Assembly: GCA_963787125.1 (NCBI GenBank)
Contig: CAWBBV010000026.1
Coordinates: 1 to 64,000 of the forward strand
Direction of reading: 5' to 3'
Length of the DNA: 64,000 nucleotides
DNA from: an uncultured delta proteobacterium
GTDB lineage: Bacteria > Desulfobacterota > Desulfuromonadia > Geobacterales > DSM-12255
This document shows positions 48,718-58,529 of this stretch, piece by piece. The notes beneath the pieces were generated by a model, which was given only the letters and a program-made list of their open reading frames with translations, ran no database searches and had not been told where the DNA came from. Position 1 is the first letter of the stretch. Each line of letters opens with the position of its first letter. The translations under genes were made by a program, and so were the position numbers.

Positions 48718-49547
48718 CCAGTATTTTGAACAAGTTTACTCGGAAATTTCCCAAATATTCTGCTTTTCTGCTAAATGAACTTCCTGTGCATGAGCTTGAA
48801 AAAAGCAGACCTGCATTAGAGAGAGGCTACTCCAAGAGCATTCCGCCAAATGTGTATCAGTCATGGATAAATAACCGGTTTGGAAAGTCACATTTGAAGC
48901 AATTGTTAACTTTCCGTAGTATTAATCCTGATCTAAACTTCTTTTTGTTAAATGACGCGGAAGTAAACGCTTATATGCTCGAATTTTGGGGGGCGCACGA
49001 CATTTACAAAATATACTCCTCAGCAAAATTTGGTGCGATGAAGACAGATATTTTTAGATATTGTATTTTATATGAGAGAGGTGGCTTTTATTTTGACATT
49101 AATAAAGGTGTTTCTAAGCAACTTAGTTCTTATATTGAAGATGCTGATTTGGGTTTAATTTCATTTGAAGGAAACGATTGTATGATTATGCCTGAGAAAA
49201 TATTGTTGCCCAAACTTATGCATCCAGAAAAATATGTTTTACAATGGGGTTTTGGTTTCTGTCCTGAAAACCCTGTATTAGAAAAAGTCATCTCTAATAT
49301 TTGTGAATATCATGATTTCTTTTCCGGTAAAAGATTTGATAGCCCTCAGTTTGCAATTCTCAGCCACACTGCGACTGGTATGCTTACCAAGTCAGTTAGG
49401 GATTCATTGTTAAGCTCCAATGGTTTAAAGGCGAAGCAAGCAGGGATAGATTTTCTCGGATGTGGAATATTTGATATGCACAGATCTTGGTCGCGATATG
49501 TCACTAGTCCTTCATATATACTTGAAAAACAAAAGGTAATAGTTTAG
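48711..49547 (+). CDS. Glycosyltransferase family 32 (OCH1-like)
   Basis: IPPNVYQSW, NPD and KTDIFRYCILYERGGFYFDI motifs. Confidence 0.82.
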   Translation: MLTSILNKFTRKFPKYSAFLLNELPVHELEKSRPALERGYSKSIPPNVYQSWINNRFGKSHLKQLLTFRSINPDLNFFLLNDAEVNAYMLEFWGAHDIYKIYSSAKFGAMKTDIFRYCILYERGGFYFDINKGVSKQLSSYIEDADLGLISFEGNDCMIMPEKILLPKLMHPEKYVLQWGFGFCPENPVLEKVISNICEYHDFFSGKRFDSPQFAILSHTATGMLTKSVRDSLLSSNGLKAKQAGIDFLGCGIFDMHRSWSRYVTSPSYILEKQKVIV

Positions 49548-49624
49548 CAGGGGTGACATTTGTTGAAAGGCATGAATGAGCGTAATTATCGCATAAATTT
49601 AGTCTGCCTGATGCAAAAAGGTTA

Positions 49625-51055
49625 TTGATGAAAGTACTATTGTTATCACTACCAGGGTTAGAAGAAAATGACGGGAATCTTTTCCCGCTTGGCATCGGAT
49701 ATCTGGTTGCTGCGCTGAAACCATCTCATGAAGTCAGGGCATGTCACTATAATATGATGAGCCATGCAAGGCTTGAGATTCCGCAGATTCTCGAGTCATT
49801 TCAGCCAGATGTCGTCGGTCTGACTTGTAGCACTTTCAATCGTGGCTTTAACAAGGAAATGATCCGTGTCCTTCGGAGTATCAAACGTGACATCAGGATT
49901 ATTGTAGGCGGGGTACATGCCTCTTTTTGCTATGAGCAGATTCTGCTTGAGTATGGAGCGGATCTGGTTGTTATCGGCGAAGGTGAGTGTACATTTCCGG
50001 CGCTCTGCTCTGCGCTTGAACAGCAAACGTCGCTAAAAGAGCTGAATGGCATCGCCTATATTGATAATCAAGAAGTTATTGTCAACTCTCCAGTTGAAGC
50101 AATCCATAACCTGGATGATCTGCCGCTGCCCGATTATTCCTATGCCAAGCCATTTATCGAACGGTCTGGCATGGGTTTTATCATCACTTCAAGGGGCTGT
50201 CCGGTACGCTGCACCTTTTGCTCGACCAGCAGCTTTTGGGGGCAAAGGGTGCGCATGAATTCTGCCGCGCGGGTGGTCGATGAAATGGAGAAACTGATAA
50301 CCGAATTCGGTGTAAATAAAATCTTCTTTCATGATGATACATTCAATCTTGGCACTTCAAGGGTGCTCGAAATTTGCGGTGAAATACTGCGTCGTGGTAT
50401 AAAGGTTGACTGGGGCTGCTCCTGTAGGGTGACACCGGTTTCAGCAGAGATGATATCTGCTATGGTTGATGCTGGCTGTCGCCATATATGCTGGGGGATA
50501 GAGTCCGGTTCGGAAGTTATGCTGCAAAAGATCAATAAGAAAATCTCACTCTCTCAGATAAGAAATGCTTATGAACTCTCAGAGAAATTCAGTAGCGTAA
50601 TGTCAACCGGAGCATTTACCATGGTTGGTAATCCTGGTGAAACTGATGACACAATACGTGATACGATAGCGTTTCTGAACACAATCCCGATTACTGACCG
50701 TCCCAGCACATCTAAACTTTATATTCTGCCAGGAACGCTACTTCATGAGGAATTGATTTCGGCTGGTCAAATAAAAAACTCTGACTGGAGCAGGTATGAT
50801 ACCGTTCCATATTACACAGTTGAAAACTCATATTGGAAACTGGCTTTTTGGGCGAGAATGGTGAGTAATAGTGGTAATAGAGTAGCTTTTGATCATGGAA
50901 AACATTTCTGGAACACAATGCTGAAAACCTCAAACCTGAAAGTTCAGATCTTCTCTGACTCTGTAATCAATGGGATTAAGACAACTTTACTTAGTCGTGT
51001 AAAACTTGGGTCTCTTTTCAGAAAGCTCCTGCCTGCAGGTAAAATTCGTTTTTAA
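49625..51055 (+). CDS. Cobalamin-dependent radical SAM protein (class B methyltransferase-like)
   Basis: PLGIGYL, VGGVHAS and GEGE (B12 domain); TSRGCPVRCTFC; DDTF; GIESGS. Confidence 0.92.
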   Translation: MMKVLLLSLPGLEENDGNLFPLGIGYLVAALKPSHEVRACHYNMMSHARLEIPQILESFQPDVVGLTCSTFNRGFNKEMIRVLRSIKRDIRIIVGGVHASFCYEQILLEYGADLVVIGEGECTFPALCSALEQQTSLKELNGIAYIDNQEVIVNSPVEAIHNLDDLPLPDYSYAKPFIERSGMGFIITSRGCPVRCTFCSTSSFWGQRVRMNSAARVVDEMEKLITEFGVNKIFFHDDTFNLGTSRVLEICGEILRRGIKVDWGCSCRVTPVSAEMISAMVDAGCRHICWGIESGSEVMLQKINKKISLSQIRNAYELSEKFSSVMSTGAFTMVGNPGETDDTIRDTIAFLNTIPITDRPSTSKLYILPGTLLHEELISAGQIKNSDWSRYDTVPYYTVENSYWKLAFWARMVSNSGNRVAFDHGKHFWNTMLKTSNLKVQIFSDSVINGIKTTLLSRVKLGSLFRKLLPAGKIRF

Positions 51056-51114
51056 CTAAATTAATTAAAGAGGCCTGGGACAGGCAGTTAATTATTCTGG
51101 TGGATTAATCCTCT

Positions 51115-52035
51115 ATGACGACTAAAAACAACTACCATGAATTAAACTATCAGGATAATTTGCATCATTATCAGGATTTTACTGTTGGTGGTAAAAGTGA
51201 GGCAATGGCCAGAACCTGGTTAGAGACGGGTACCGTTGATGCATGGCGCCATCGCCGCATGTATCGTGTACTTGATCCCCTTTTAGAGTCAGAAAGCTCA
51301 TCATGGCTTACCATTGGCGACGGCAGATATGGCAAAGATGCCAGATATATCTCAGAAAAGGGCGGAGACGTAACGGCTAGTGATATAGACGATAGCTTGC
51401 TGAAAGAAGCCATAAATCTCGGCTTTATTTCAAAATTCAGCAAAGAGAATGCCGAATCACTGTCATTCGGAGATGAAGCTTTTGAATACGTTCTTTGCAA
51501 GGAATCCTATCATCATTTTCCTCGTCCCATGATAGCGCTATATGAAATGCTGCGAGTGGCATCCAAGGGAGTAGTGTTAATTGAACCAAATGATCAATAT
51601 ATCGGTTATAGCCTTTGTAGAAACATTTTTGTTCATTTAGTCAACCGTCTTTTGTCGCTGGTCCACAGAGGCACATGCCTGCATAGTTTCGAAGCTTTCG
51701 GTAATTACATTTATACAATTTCAAGAAGGGAATTGGAAAAAACAGCGCTAGGGCTAAATTATAAATATATAGCGTTCAAGGGTGTTAATGATAGCTATGC
51801 GCAAGGTGTTGAGTTTGAAGAGGTTTCCAAAAAAGGCAAATTGTTTAAAATAATAAAAATGCAAATATTTGTGTTTGATCTGATGACCAGGCTGCGACTC
51901 ATTGACTACGGAATTTTGGTGGCAATACTTTTCAAACAGTCACCTTCCGAAACCCTCCAGAAAAGTTTGCTTAATGATGGTTTTGAAGTGGTTAAGCTGC
52001 CTGAGAATCACCATTCTCATGGACGGGAGAAATGA
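51115..52035 (+). CDS. Class I SAM-dependent methyltransferase
   Basis: WLTIGDGRYG, ENAESLSF, KESYHHFPRP and EMLRV...IEP motifs. Confidence 0.82.
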   Translation: MTTKNNYHELNYQDNLHHYQDFTVGGKSEAMARTWLETGTVDAWRHRRMYRVLDPLLESESSSWLTIGDGRYGKDARYISEKGGDVTASDIDDSLLKEAINLGFISKFSKENAESLSFGDEAFEYVLCKESYHHFPRPMIALYEMLRVASKGVVLIEPNDQYIGYSLCRNIFVHLVNRLLSLVHRGTCLHSFEAFGNYIYTISRRELEKTALGLNYKYIAFKGVNDSYAQGVEFEEVSKKGKLFKIIKMQIFVFDLMTRLRLIDYGILVAILFKQSPSETLQKSLLNDGFEVVKLPENHHSHGREK

Positions 52036-52949
52036 CTCAATTTAATGTCCCGATAGTCTTTCTAGTTTTCAATCGGCCTGAGACAACTGCACGAGTTTTT
52101 GATGAGATTCGTCGCATGAGGCCGCTCAAGCTGCTGATGGTTGCAGATGGACCGCGTAGTGGCCGTGCCGGTGAGCTGGAAAAGTGTAACAGAGTTCGTT
52201 CCATTATTGATCATGTCGATTGGCCTTGTGAAGTCCGGAAAAATTATTCCGACATAAATCTTGGCTGTAAACTACGGGTTTCAAGCGGCCTTGATTGGGT
52301 GTTCGAACAGGTTGAAGAGGCGATCATTCTTGAGGATGACTGCCTCCCACATCCGTCTTTTTTTCTTTTCTGTAGGGAGTTGCTGGAAAAGTACCGTGAA
52401 GATGAGCGTGTGGCTATGATTTCGGGAGATAACTTTCAGTTCGGACTGCACAGTTTACCCTCCAGTTACTACTTTTCCAGATATCCACATATCTGGGGGT
52501 GGGCAACCTGGCGGAGAGCTTGGCGACTCTATGATCTGAAAATGTCAACATGGCCTGAAATCCAGAGGCGCGGCCTGCTTCATGATTTGCTCCGGAGAGA
52601 GCCTGTTGTCCGTTTCTGGGAAAAGATTTTCACCAAGGTCTTTGCTGGGGAAATAGATACCTGGGATCATCAACTGACTTTTGCATTTATCAGCAATAAC
52701 CGGCTCTGTATTATGCCTGATCGTAACCTGGTAAGTAATATCGGTTTTGGTGAGGATGCCACCCACACAAGGCGGACTAGCATGTTTGCAGAAGTTCCCT
52801 TGCAGGCCATGAAGTTCCCGTTACACCATCCATCTTGCATAATCAGGGATAATGGTGCGGATGAACGGACTGAAAATGAGCAGTATACATACCAGAGGAT
52901 AATGAGCCGGATAATGAATATGCTCGGCAGGATTTTCCATGCAGTGTAA
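52032..52949 (+). CDS. GT-A fold nucleotide-diphospho-sugar transferase (GT2-like)
   Basis: FNRP, ADGPR, NLGC, IILEDDC, IWGWATWRRAW, TWD and NLVSNIGFG motifs. Confidence 0.88.
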   Translation: MTQFNVPIVFLVFNRPETTARVFDEIRRMRPLKLLMVADGPRSGRAGELEKCNRVRSIIDHVDWPCEVRKNYSDINLGCKLRVSSGLDWVFEQVEEAIILEDDCLPHPSFFLFCRELLEKYREDERVAMISGDNFQFGLHSLPSSYYFSRYPHIWGWATWRRAWRLYDLKMSTWPEIQRRGLLHDLLRREPVVRFWEKIFTKVFAGEIDTWDHQLTFAFISNNRLCIMPDRNLVSNIGFGEDATHTRRTSMFAEVPLQAMKFPLHHPSCIIRDNGADERTENEQYTYQRIMSRIMNMLGRIFHAV

Positions 52950-53715
52950 AATCTGTTCAGGTGCCGTCGGTTTTTTCGCGCAGGCAACTGTACTTGGCAA
53001 GCACTGCATTGCCTATTATCGGTGTAATGAATGCGGCTTTATTCACACAGAGGAGCCGTATTGGCTTGAAGAGGCTTATTCCGGGGCAATTACAGAGAGT
53101 GATGTCGGCCTTGTCGGCAGGAACCTGAAACTGGCAATTAAAGCGCAGGCAATTATCACGACATGGTTTGACTCGTCTAAATGTTTTCTGGATTTTGCAG
53201 GCGGTTATGGAATGCTGGTTCGTCTGATGCGTGATGCCGGCTATGATTTTCGCTGGCTTGATAAATACTGTCACAATCTTTTCGCCAAAGGTTTTGAAGC
53301 TGATGTTTCCAAAAGGGGCAACTATGAACTTGTTACTGTCTTTGAAGTATTTGAACATTTGCACAATCCATTGGCCGAGATAGAAAATATCGCGAGCTAC
53401 TCCCGGAACATACTTTTTTCTACTGAAATTATCCCCAAAGAGGTTCCTCAACCCGATTCGTGGTGGTATTACGGGCTCAATCATGGTCAGCACATTTCAT
53501 TTTATACTCTGCAGTCACTCCAGGCCATAGCCGCCAAGTTGTCACTTAATTTTTATTCAAACGGCTGTTCTCTGCATCTGTTCACCGAGAAACGCCTGCC
53601 CGCGCTCCTTTTTAAAGTGTCCACATACAGTATTGTTGCAGAATTGCTACATACGGTTACCCGCCGGAAAACACTGCTTCTGGAGGATGCAAAAAGTCTG
53701 GGGTGCAACCTGTAA
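52939..53715 (+). CDS. Class I SAM-dependent methyltransferase with N-terminal Zn finger
   Basis: CKIC...CNEC, LDFAGGYG, FEVFEH and WWYY...GQHISFY motifs. Confidence 0.85.
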   Translation: MQCKICSGAVGFFAQATVLGKHCIAYYRCNECGFIHTEEPYWLEEAYSGAITESDVGLVGRNLKLAIKAQAIITTWFDSSKCFLDFAGGYGMLVRLMRDAGYDFRWLDKYCHNLFAKGFEADVSKRGNYELVTVFEVFEHLHNPLAEIENIASYSRNILFSTEIIPKEVPQPDSWWYYGLNHGQHISFYTLQSLQAIAAKLSLNFYSNGCSLHLFTEKRLPALLFKVSTYSIVAELLHTVTRRKTLLLEDAKSLGCNL

Positions 53716-53809
53716 ACTAGGGCATTATCTCTGTTATGTCAGCGTGTTACTCTATTGCCTAAGGTGAGAAGCTGTTGCGCTATCAACCTGTTGTCTAGGA
53801 TATTTAAGC

Positions 53810-55027
53810 ATGTGGATGAAGCTTTATGAATTTTATATTTGTCTGAGAAATCTACTGGTTGACACTGTATGTTTGCTTATATTGCACAGTGACTGCCTTC
53901 CAAATGAAAGAGAATTAGTACTTGTAGTCAGACTTGATGCTATCGGTGATTTTGTCTTGTGGCTAGATTCAGTAGCAGCGCTCAGAGAATTATTTCCGTC
54001 AAAGCAGTACAAGCTTGTCTTACTTGGCAATATTCTCTGGAGAGAACTTGCCGAATCCTGCCAGCTTTTTGATGAATCTATTTTTGTGGATAATTGTGAG
54101 CTTTGCTATAAGTTACATTATCGCTTGAAAGTCTGGAAAAAACTTCGTTCTCGTAAATGGGCGTATACCATCCACCCTACCTTTTCACATGATTTTAATT
54201 GTGGGGACTCTGCGGTCAGGGTATCCGGTGCAGTTGAGCGTATTGGTTCGGCAGGTGATCTGTCAAATCAGCTTGCTTTGCAAAAGTGGATTAGTAACTC
54301 ATGGTATACCAAGCTCTTGCCGACAAGCGACAATCATCTTATGGAGCTAGAGCGAAACGCGGAATTTATACGCAACCTGGGCGGTACTAATTTCAAGGCC
54401 GGATTGCCTGTGCTTGAAATCCAGGAAAAAATACCATCTGAATTTAATACATCAAACTATATTGTGGTCGTACCGGGGGCGAGTCTTCCCATTAAGCAAT
54501 GGCCTGTCGAGAGGTTTGCAGAGCTTTGTGGTCAGCTTAACCGCACGCTTGGTGTCAGAACTATAATATGTGGTAGCAGGAGTGAAGCGCTCCTAGGGAA
54601 GCGTCTGCTGAAGCTTGCTTCATCCGCAGAATCAGGCTGGATTGAAGACTGGACCGGGAAAACGTCACTATTGGAACTCGTCGGCATAATTAAGGGGGCG
54701 CTGCTGCTCATTGGCAATGACAGCAGCGCTGTTCATATGGCCGCAGCAGTTGGAACCCCTGCTATTTGCATCGTTGGTGGCGGTCATTTTGGCAGATTTA
54801 TACCTTATAAACTTGAGCGTGAAACTACAAATCAGATGCCAATTGCTGTATCCCATGAGTTGGCATGTTACGGGTGCAATCTAAAATGCGTAAATGTCGT
54901 TGAGAACACCCTAGTTGGGGAATGCATATTTTTAGTCTCTGTTGAAGAGGTGTTGGACGCAGCTTGTAAATTCATCGATAGTAAAAAGTCATCGCTCTTT
55001 GACCCACAAACTCGTACCTATCTCTAA
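53810..55027 (+). CDS. Glycosyltransferase family 9 (heptosyltransferase-like)
   Basis: RLDAIGDFVL, PGAS...KQWP, GKTSL and GNDSSAVHMAAAVGTP motifs. Confidence 0.9.
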   Translation: MWMKLYEFYICLRNLLVDTVCLLILHSDCLPNERELVLVVRLDAIGDFVLWLDSVAALRELFPSKQYKLVLLGNILWRELAESCQLFDESIFVDNCELCYKLHYRLKVWKKLRSRKWAYTIHPTFSHDFNCGDSAVRVSGAVERIGSAGDLSNQLALQKWISNSWYTKLLPTSDNHLMELERNAEFIRNLGGTNFKAGLPVLEIQEKIPSEFNTSNYIVVVPGASLPIKQWPVERFAELCGQLNRTLGVRTIICGSRSEALLGKRLLKLASSAESGWIEDWTGKTSLLELVGIIKGALLLIGNDSSAVHMAAAVGTPAICIVGGGHFGRFIPYKLERETTNQMPIAVSHELACYGCNLKCVNVVENTLVGECIFLVSVEEVLDAACKFIDSKKSSLFDPQTRTYL

Positions 55028-55105
55028 CATCAGCTCCGCTTATCAAGGGGATTACTCGTGCTATTACCACCGTTCCCCTATCTTCAGCCATCTCTTCATG
55101 AAAGT

Positions 55106-56328
55106 ATGCAACTGCAGCAGATCGATGCCAACCGCCGGGAGTACGGCTACCGTTATGACCTGCTGACCTTTGCCAGCAGCGATCAGCTTGCTGTGGCCGA
55201 GGCGGAGCGAAAAGAGCTGATGCAGTGGCTCGGTCAGCACGCCTCTTTCGGTTACTCCGGAACCAAGGTGGATTGCAGCAGTCTCTCTCCCGGCTGTCGT
55301 CACTGTGGTGATGGCGGCTGGTCCTGCCTGTTCGTCAATGGTCGTTGCAATGGCCACTGTTTCTATTGCCCGACGGCGCAGGATGATGACGGCCCGCCGG
55401 TAACAAATGGCCTGGCGTTTGGCAGCCCTGAAGATTATGCCGCTTACGTTGCCGCCATAGGGTTCAGCGGTGTCAGCATCAGCGGTGGTGAACCGTTATT
55501 GACGCCGGAACTGACCCTCTCTTATCTGCGTGCTGTGCGCCGGCGCTGTGGTGATGCAATTCATCTCTGGCTCTACACTAACGGCACCCTTTTGACCGCA
55601 GACCTGTGCCAGCGTCTGAGGGATGCTGGTCTTGACGAGATTCGCTTCGATCTGGGAGCTGTCCGTTATAACCTTAAGAAATTGCGACTGGCTGTCGGTT
55701 GCATTCCGACGGTAACGGTGGAAATACCTGCTGTTCCCGAGGATGAACTGCTCTTGCAGTTGAAAATGGTGGAAATGGCCGAGGCGGGGGTTCAATACCT
55801 CAATCTGCACCAGATGCGGTTGACGCCGTACAACTTTGACCCTTTAACGGCGCGGGGGTATGTTTTCCTTCATGGTGAGAAGATCACTTTACTGGAGTCT
55901 GAACTTACTGCCTTGCGGATGATTCGTTTTGGTCTGGAACAAGGCATTCAGCTGCCGGTGAACTACTGCTCCTTCCCCTATAAAAGGCGCTTCCAGGCCG
56001 CAGCTGCCAGGCGTCGCTCAGCCCTGAGCGTCGCTGCCCCCGGCGAGGTGGTGACGGCGAGGTGGTGACGGCGGCCGGTTATTTGCGGATCACTTCCGCG
56101 ACCGGAGTACGTTACTGCGAAGCAGCGCTTCTGGAAACCCCGAGTTACCGCCATCCTTTTGAAAAAATAGTGCTGGAAACGGGACGATCACTTTATCTGG
56201 AGCGGCGACCGCTATCGACGGAACTGTTATTGTCAACCGCTGAGCTGGAAGCTTTGGCGGCGGGACAGTCACCGGAAAGGCTGGCCCGCTTTGAGAAGAT
56301 CGTCAGCGGCCTGTCGGTCTATTTCTGA
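55106..56328 (+). pseudogene. Radical SAM protein frameshifted by a 14-bp tandem duplication
   Basis: SPGCRHC, CNGHCFYC, SGGEP, YTNG and GLDEIRFD motifs. Deleting one repeat unit fuses ORFs 55058-56068 and 56062-56328 (PGEVVTAAGYLR; ~402 aa). Confidence 0.88.
56041..56073 (+). repeat. 14-bp tandem duplication CGGCGAGGTGGTGA x2 (+CGGCG)
   Basis: Read directly from the sequence. Confidence 0.95.
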
Positions 56329-56425
56329 TCGCAAGGTTCGCTTTTTTTAGCCGACTTCATTGCCCAAAGCCGGCAGTTGCTATATAGTCAGATTAATCAA
56401 GCTTCGACTAAAAGGAAAATATTCC

Positions 56426-57289
56426 ATGACAATTCGCTGGTTCCCCGGACATATGAGCAAGGCCATGGAGCAGATTCAGGAGCTGATCAAACGCATTGAC
56501 GTGGTGATAGAGGTGCTGGATGCCCGACTGCCTTATTCCAGTTCCAATCACAAACTGGCGGAGCTGCGGCGGACCAAGCCATGGATCAAGGTGCTGAACA
56601 AGCACGATCTGGCTGATCCGGCAGTGACAAAGCTCTGGGTGCGGGAGTTCGAACTCTTGGCCGGGGTGCGGGCTATCCCTCTGGCTGCAAAGAAACATGC
56701 CGACACCAAGCCGCTTATCAGGCTCTGCCAGCTGTTGGCGCCGCGGCGGGGTAAACCTGGCCTGCCGGTGCGGGCAATGGTGGTCGGAATTCCGAATGTG
56801 GGGAAATCGACTCTGATCAATACCTTGGCAGGCAAAAGTATGGCCAGGGTGGGGGATAAACCGGCAATTACCACCACGACGCAGCTGATCGACCTGCACA
56901 ATGGCGTGGTTCTCAACGATACTCCGGGGGTTCTCTGGCCGGAGATGAATGACCAGCAGGGGGCCTATCGGCTTGCCGCCAGCGGCGCTATCGGCGCCAA
57001 CGCCATGGATAGCACCGAAGTTGGCCTCTTTGCCGGCGAATACCTGTTGGAGCGCTATCCGGATCAGTTGCTTGAGCGCTACGGACTGCAAGATATACCG
57101 GCCACTTCTCATGACCTCTTGCTGGCTATCGGCCGCCGTCTGGGGTGTCTGGCCGGCGGTGGCGAGGTCAATCTCAACAGGACTGCCGAGGCTTTTTTGC
57201 GGGAGCTGCGTGGCGGGAAAATCGGTCGGATCAGCCTGGAGGATCCGGCAATGGTCGCTGCGGTTGCCGAAATGAAGGCAGGCGGCTGA
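56426..57289 (+). CDS. rbgA: Ribosome biogenesis GTPase RbgA/YlqF
   Basis: IRWFPGHM, EVLDARLP, NKHD, GIPNVGKST and DTPG motifs. Confidence 0.95.
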   Translation: MTIRWFPGHMSKAMEQIQELIKRIDVVIEVLDARLPYSSSNHKLAELRRTKPWIKVLNKHDLADPAVTKLWVREFELLAGVRAIPLAAKKHADTKPLIRLCQLLAPRRGKPGLPVRAMVVGIPNVGKSTLINTLAGKSMARVGDKPAITTTTQLIDLHNGVVLNDTPGVLWPEMNDQQGAYRLAASGAIGANAMDSTEVGLFAGEYLLERYPDQLLERYGLQDIPATSHDLLLAIGRRLGCLAGGGEVNLNRTAEAFLRELRGGKIGRISLEDPAMVAAVAEMKAGG

Positions 57290-57321
57290 TCAAAACTATT
57301 CGTTCAAACAGAACAGGAATC

Positions 57322-58455
57322 ATGTCTTCCCGCACAGCACTCATATATTCACACAAATTCGCTGATTTTTCCTACGGTGAATCCCATCCTTTCAAGGTGC
57401 AAAGATTCCGTCTTGCTTATGAGCTGATAACCGCCTACGGGCTGGACAGCTGCACTGGCGCCCTTTATCCGGAAGCACCTCCTGTTGCAGAAGCCGACAT
57501 TCTAACCTTTCATGATAAAGCCTATATCGAAAGAATGCAGGAGTTCAGCGCCTCGGCTACACCCAGGGCAGATTTTCTCTACGGTCTGGGAGATGCCGAG
57601 AATCCTGTCTTTCCCGGTTTTTATGACTGGGCCTGTCTGGGGAGTGCCGGGACCTGCGAAGCGGCACGCCTTGTGGCTGATGAAGGGTACTCCGCCGCTT
57701 TCAATCTTGCCGGTGGTTATCATCATGCCCATAAAGCCAAAGCGTCAGGATTCTCCTATATAAACGATGCGGTCATTGCCATAAACTCCCTTGTCGCCAA
57801 GGGTAAAAGGGTAGTTTATCTGGACATTGACGCTCATCATGGCGACGGCGTCCAGGAAGCTTATTACGACACCGATCAGGTCCTGGTCATCTCCATGCAC
57901 GAAAGCGGCATCTATTTTTTTCCGGGGACCGGTTTTGAAAATGAGATGGGAGCGGGGAGGGGGTATGGCTATTCCGTCAATATTCCCCTATTGGCCCACT
58001 CTGATGATCCTCTCTATATGAAAGCTTTTGATGAAGCTATCTATCCGCTGATAGCGGCCTATGACCCTGATGTCATCTTCACCCAGCTCGGTGCTGATAC
58101 CTTCCGCACCGATCCGTTGACGCGTCTTGAGATAACCACCCACAGCTACTCCTACATTCTGCGCAAGCTAAAAGCCTTGAAAATTCCGTGGATTGCAGTT
58201 GGCGGCGGCGGTTATGATCTCATGAATACCGCACGGGCCTGGACTATTGCCTGGGGAATAATGAACGGTGTTGAACTCCCGGTAAAGCTGCCGGACTCCT
58301 TTGTGAATCTTATCAAGCCGCTTGGCTATCAGAACACAATGCTGCTTGATGCCATGCACTGGGCCGAGGAAGAAGAGCGTACCTTGGCGCTTGCTGCGGT
58401 GGAAAAAAGCATTGCCATAATACGGAACAAAATCTTTCCAGTCATTTTCGGTTGA
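57322..58455 (+). CDS. acuC: Histone deacetylase family protein (AcuC-like)
   Basis: HPF, GGYHHA, ASGFSYIND, DIDAHHGDGV, FPGTG, GAD...DPL and GGGGY motifs. Confidence 0.88.
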   Translation: MSSRTALIYSHKFADFSYGESHPFKVQRFRLAYELITAYGLDSCTGALYPEAPPVAEADILTFHDKAYIERMQEFSASATPRADFLYGLGDAENPVFPGFYDWACLGSAGTCEAARLVADEGYSAAFNLAGGYHHAHKAKASGFSYINDAVIAINSLVAKGKRVVYLDIDAHHGDGVQEAYYDTDQVLVISMHESGIYFFPGTGFENEMGAGRGYGYSVNIPLLAHSDDPLYMKAFDEAIYPLIAAYDPDVIFTQLGADTFRTDPLTRLEITTHSYSYILRKLKALKIPWIAVGGGGYDLMNTARAWTIAWGIMNGVELPVKLPDSFVNLIKPLGYQNTMLLDAMHWAEEEERTLALAAVEKSIAIIRNKIFPVIFG

Positions 58456-58529
58456 ATTCATTATTGACCTTAGATTGAATAAGTAGCATAAATATCTTTT
58501 GCTTTTCAGTCATCATCCTGGTGAAACTC

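Noticed and set aside
29864..55060. Pilin/glycan cassette as a tRNA-integrated genomic island
   Set aside because: It lies on the 5' side of tRNA-Leu. I found no integrase and no duplicated tRNA 3' end, so the lower GC is better explained by normal glycan-locus exchange.
56062..56328. 88-aa ORF as a RiPP precursor or partner of the radical SAM enzyme, or a programmed frameshift
   Set aside because: It is explained fully by the 14-bp duplication, and no slippery heptamer is seen.
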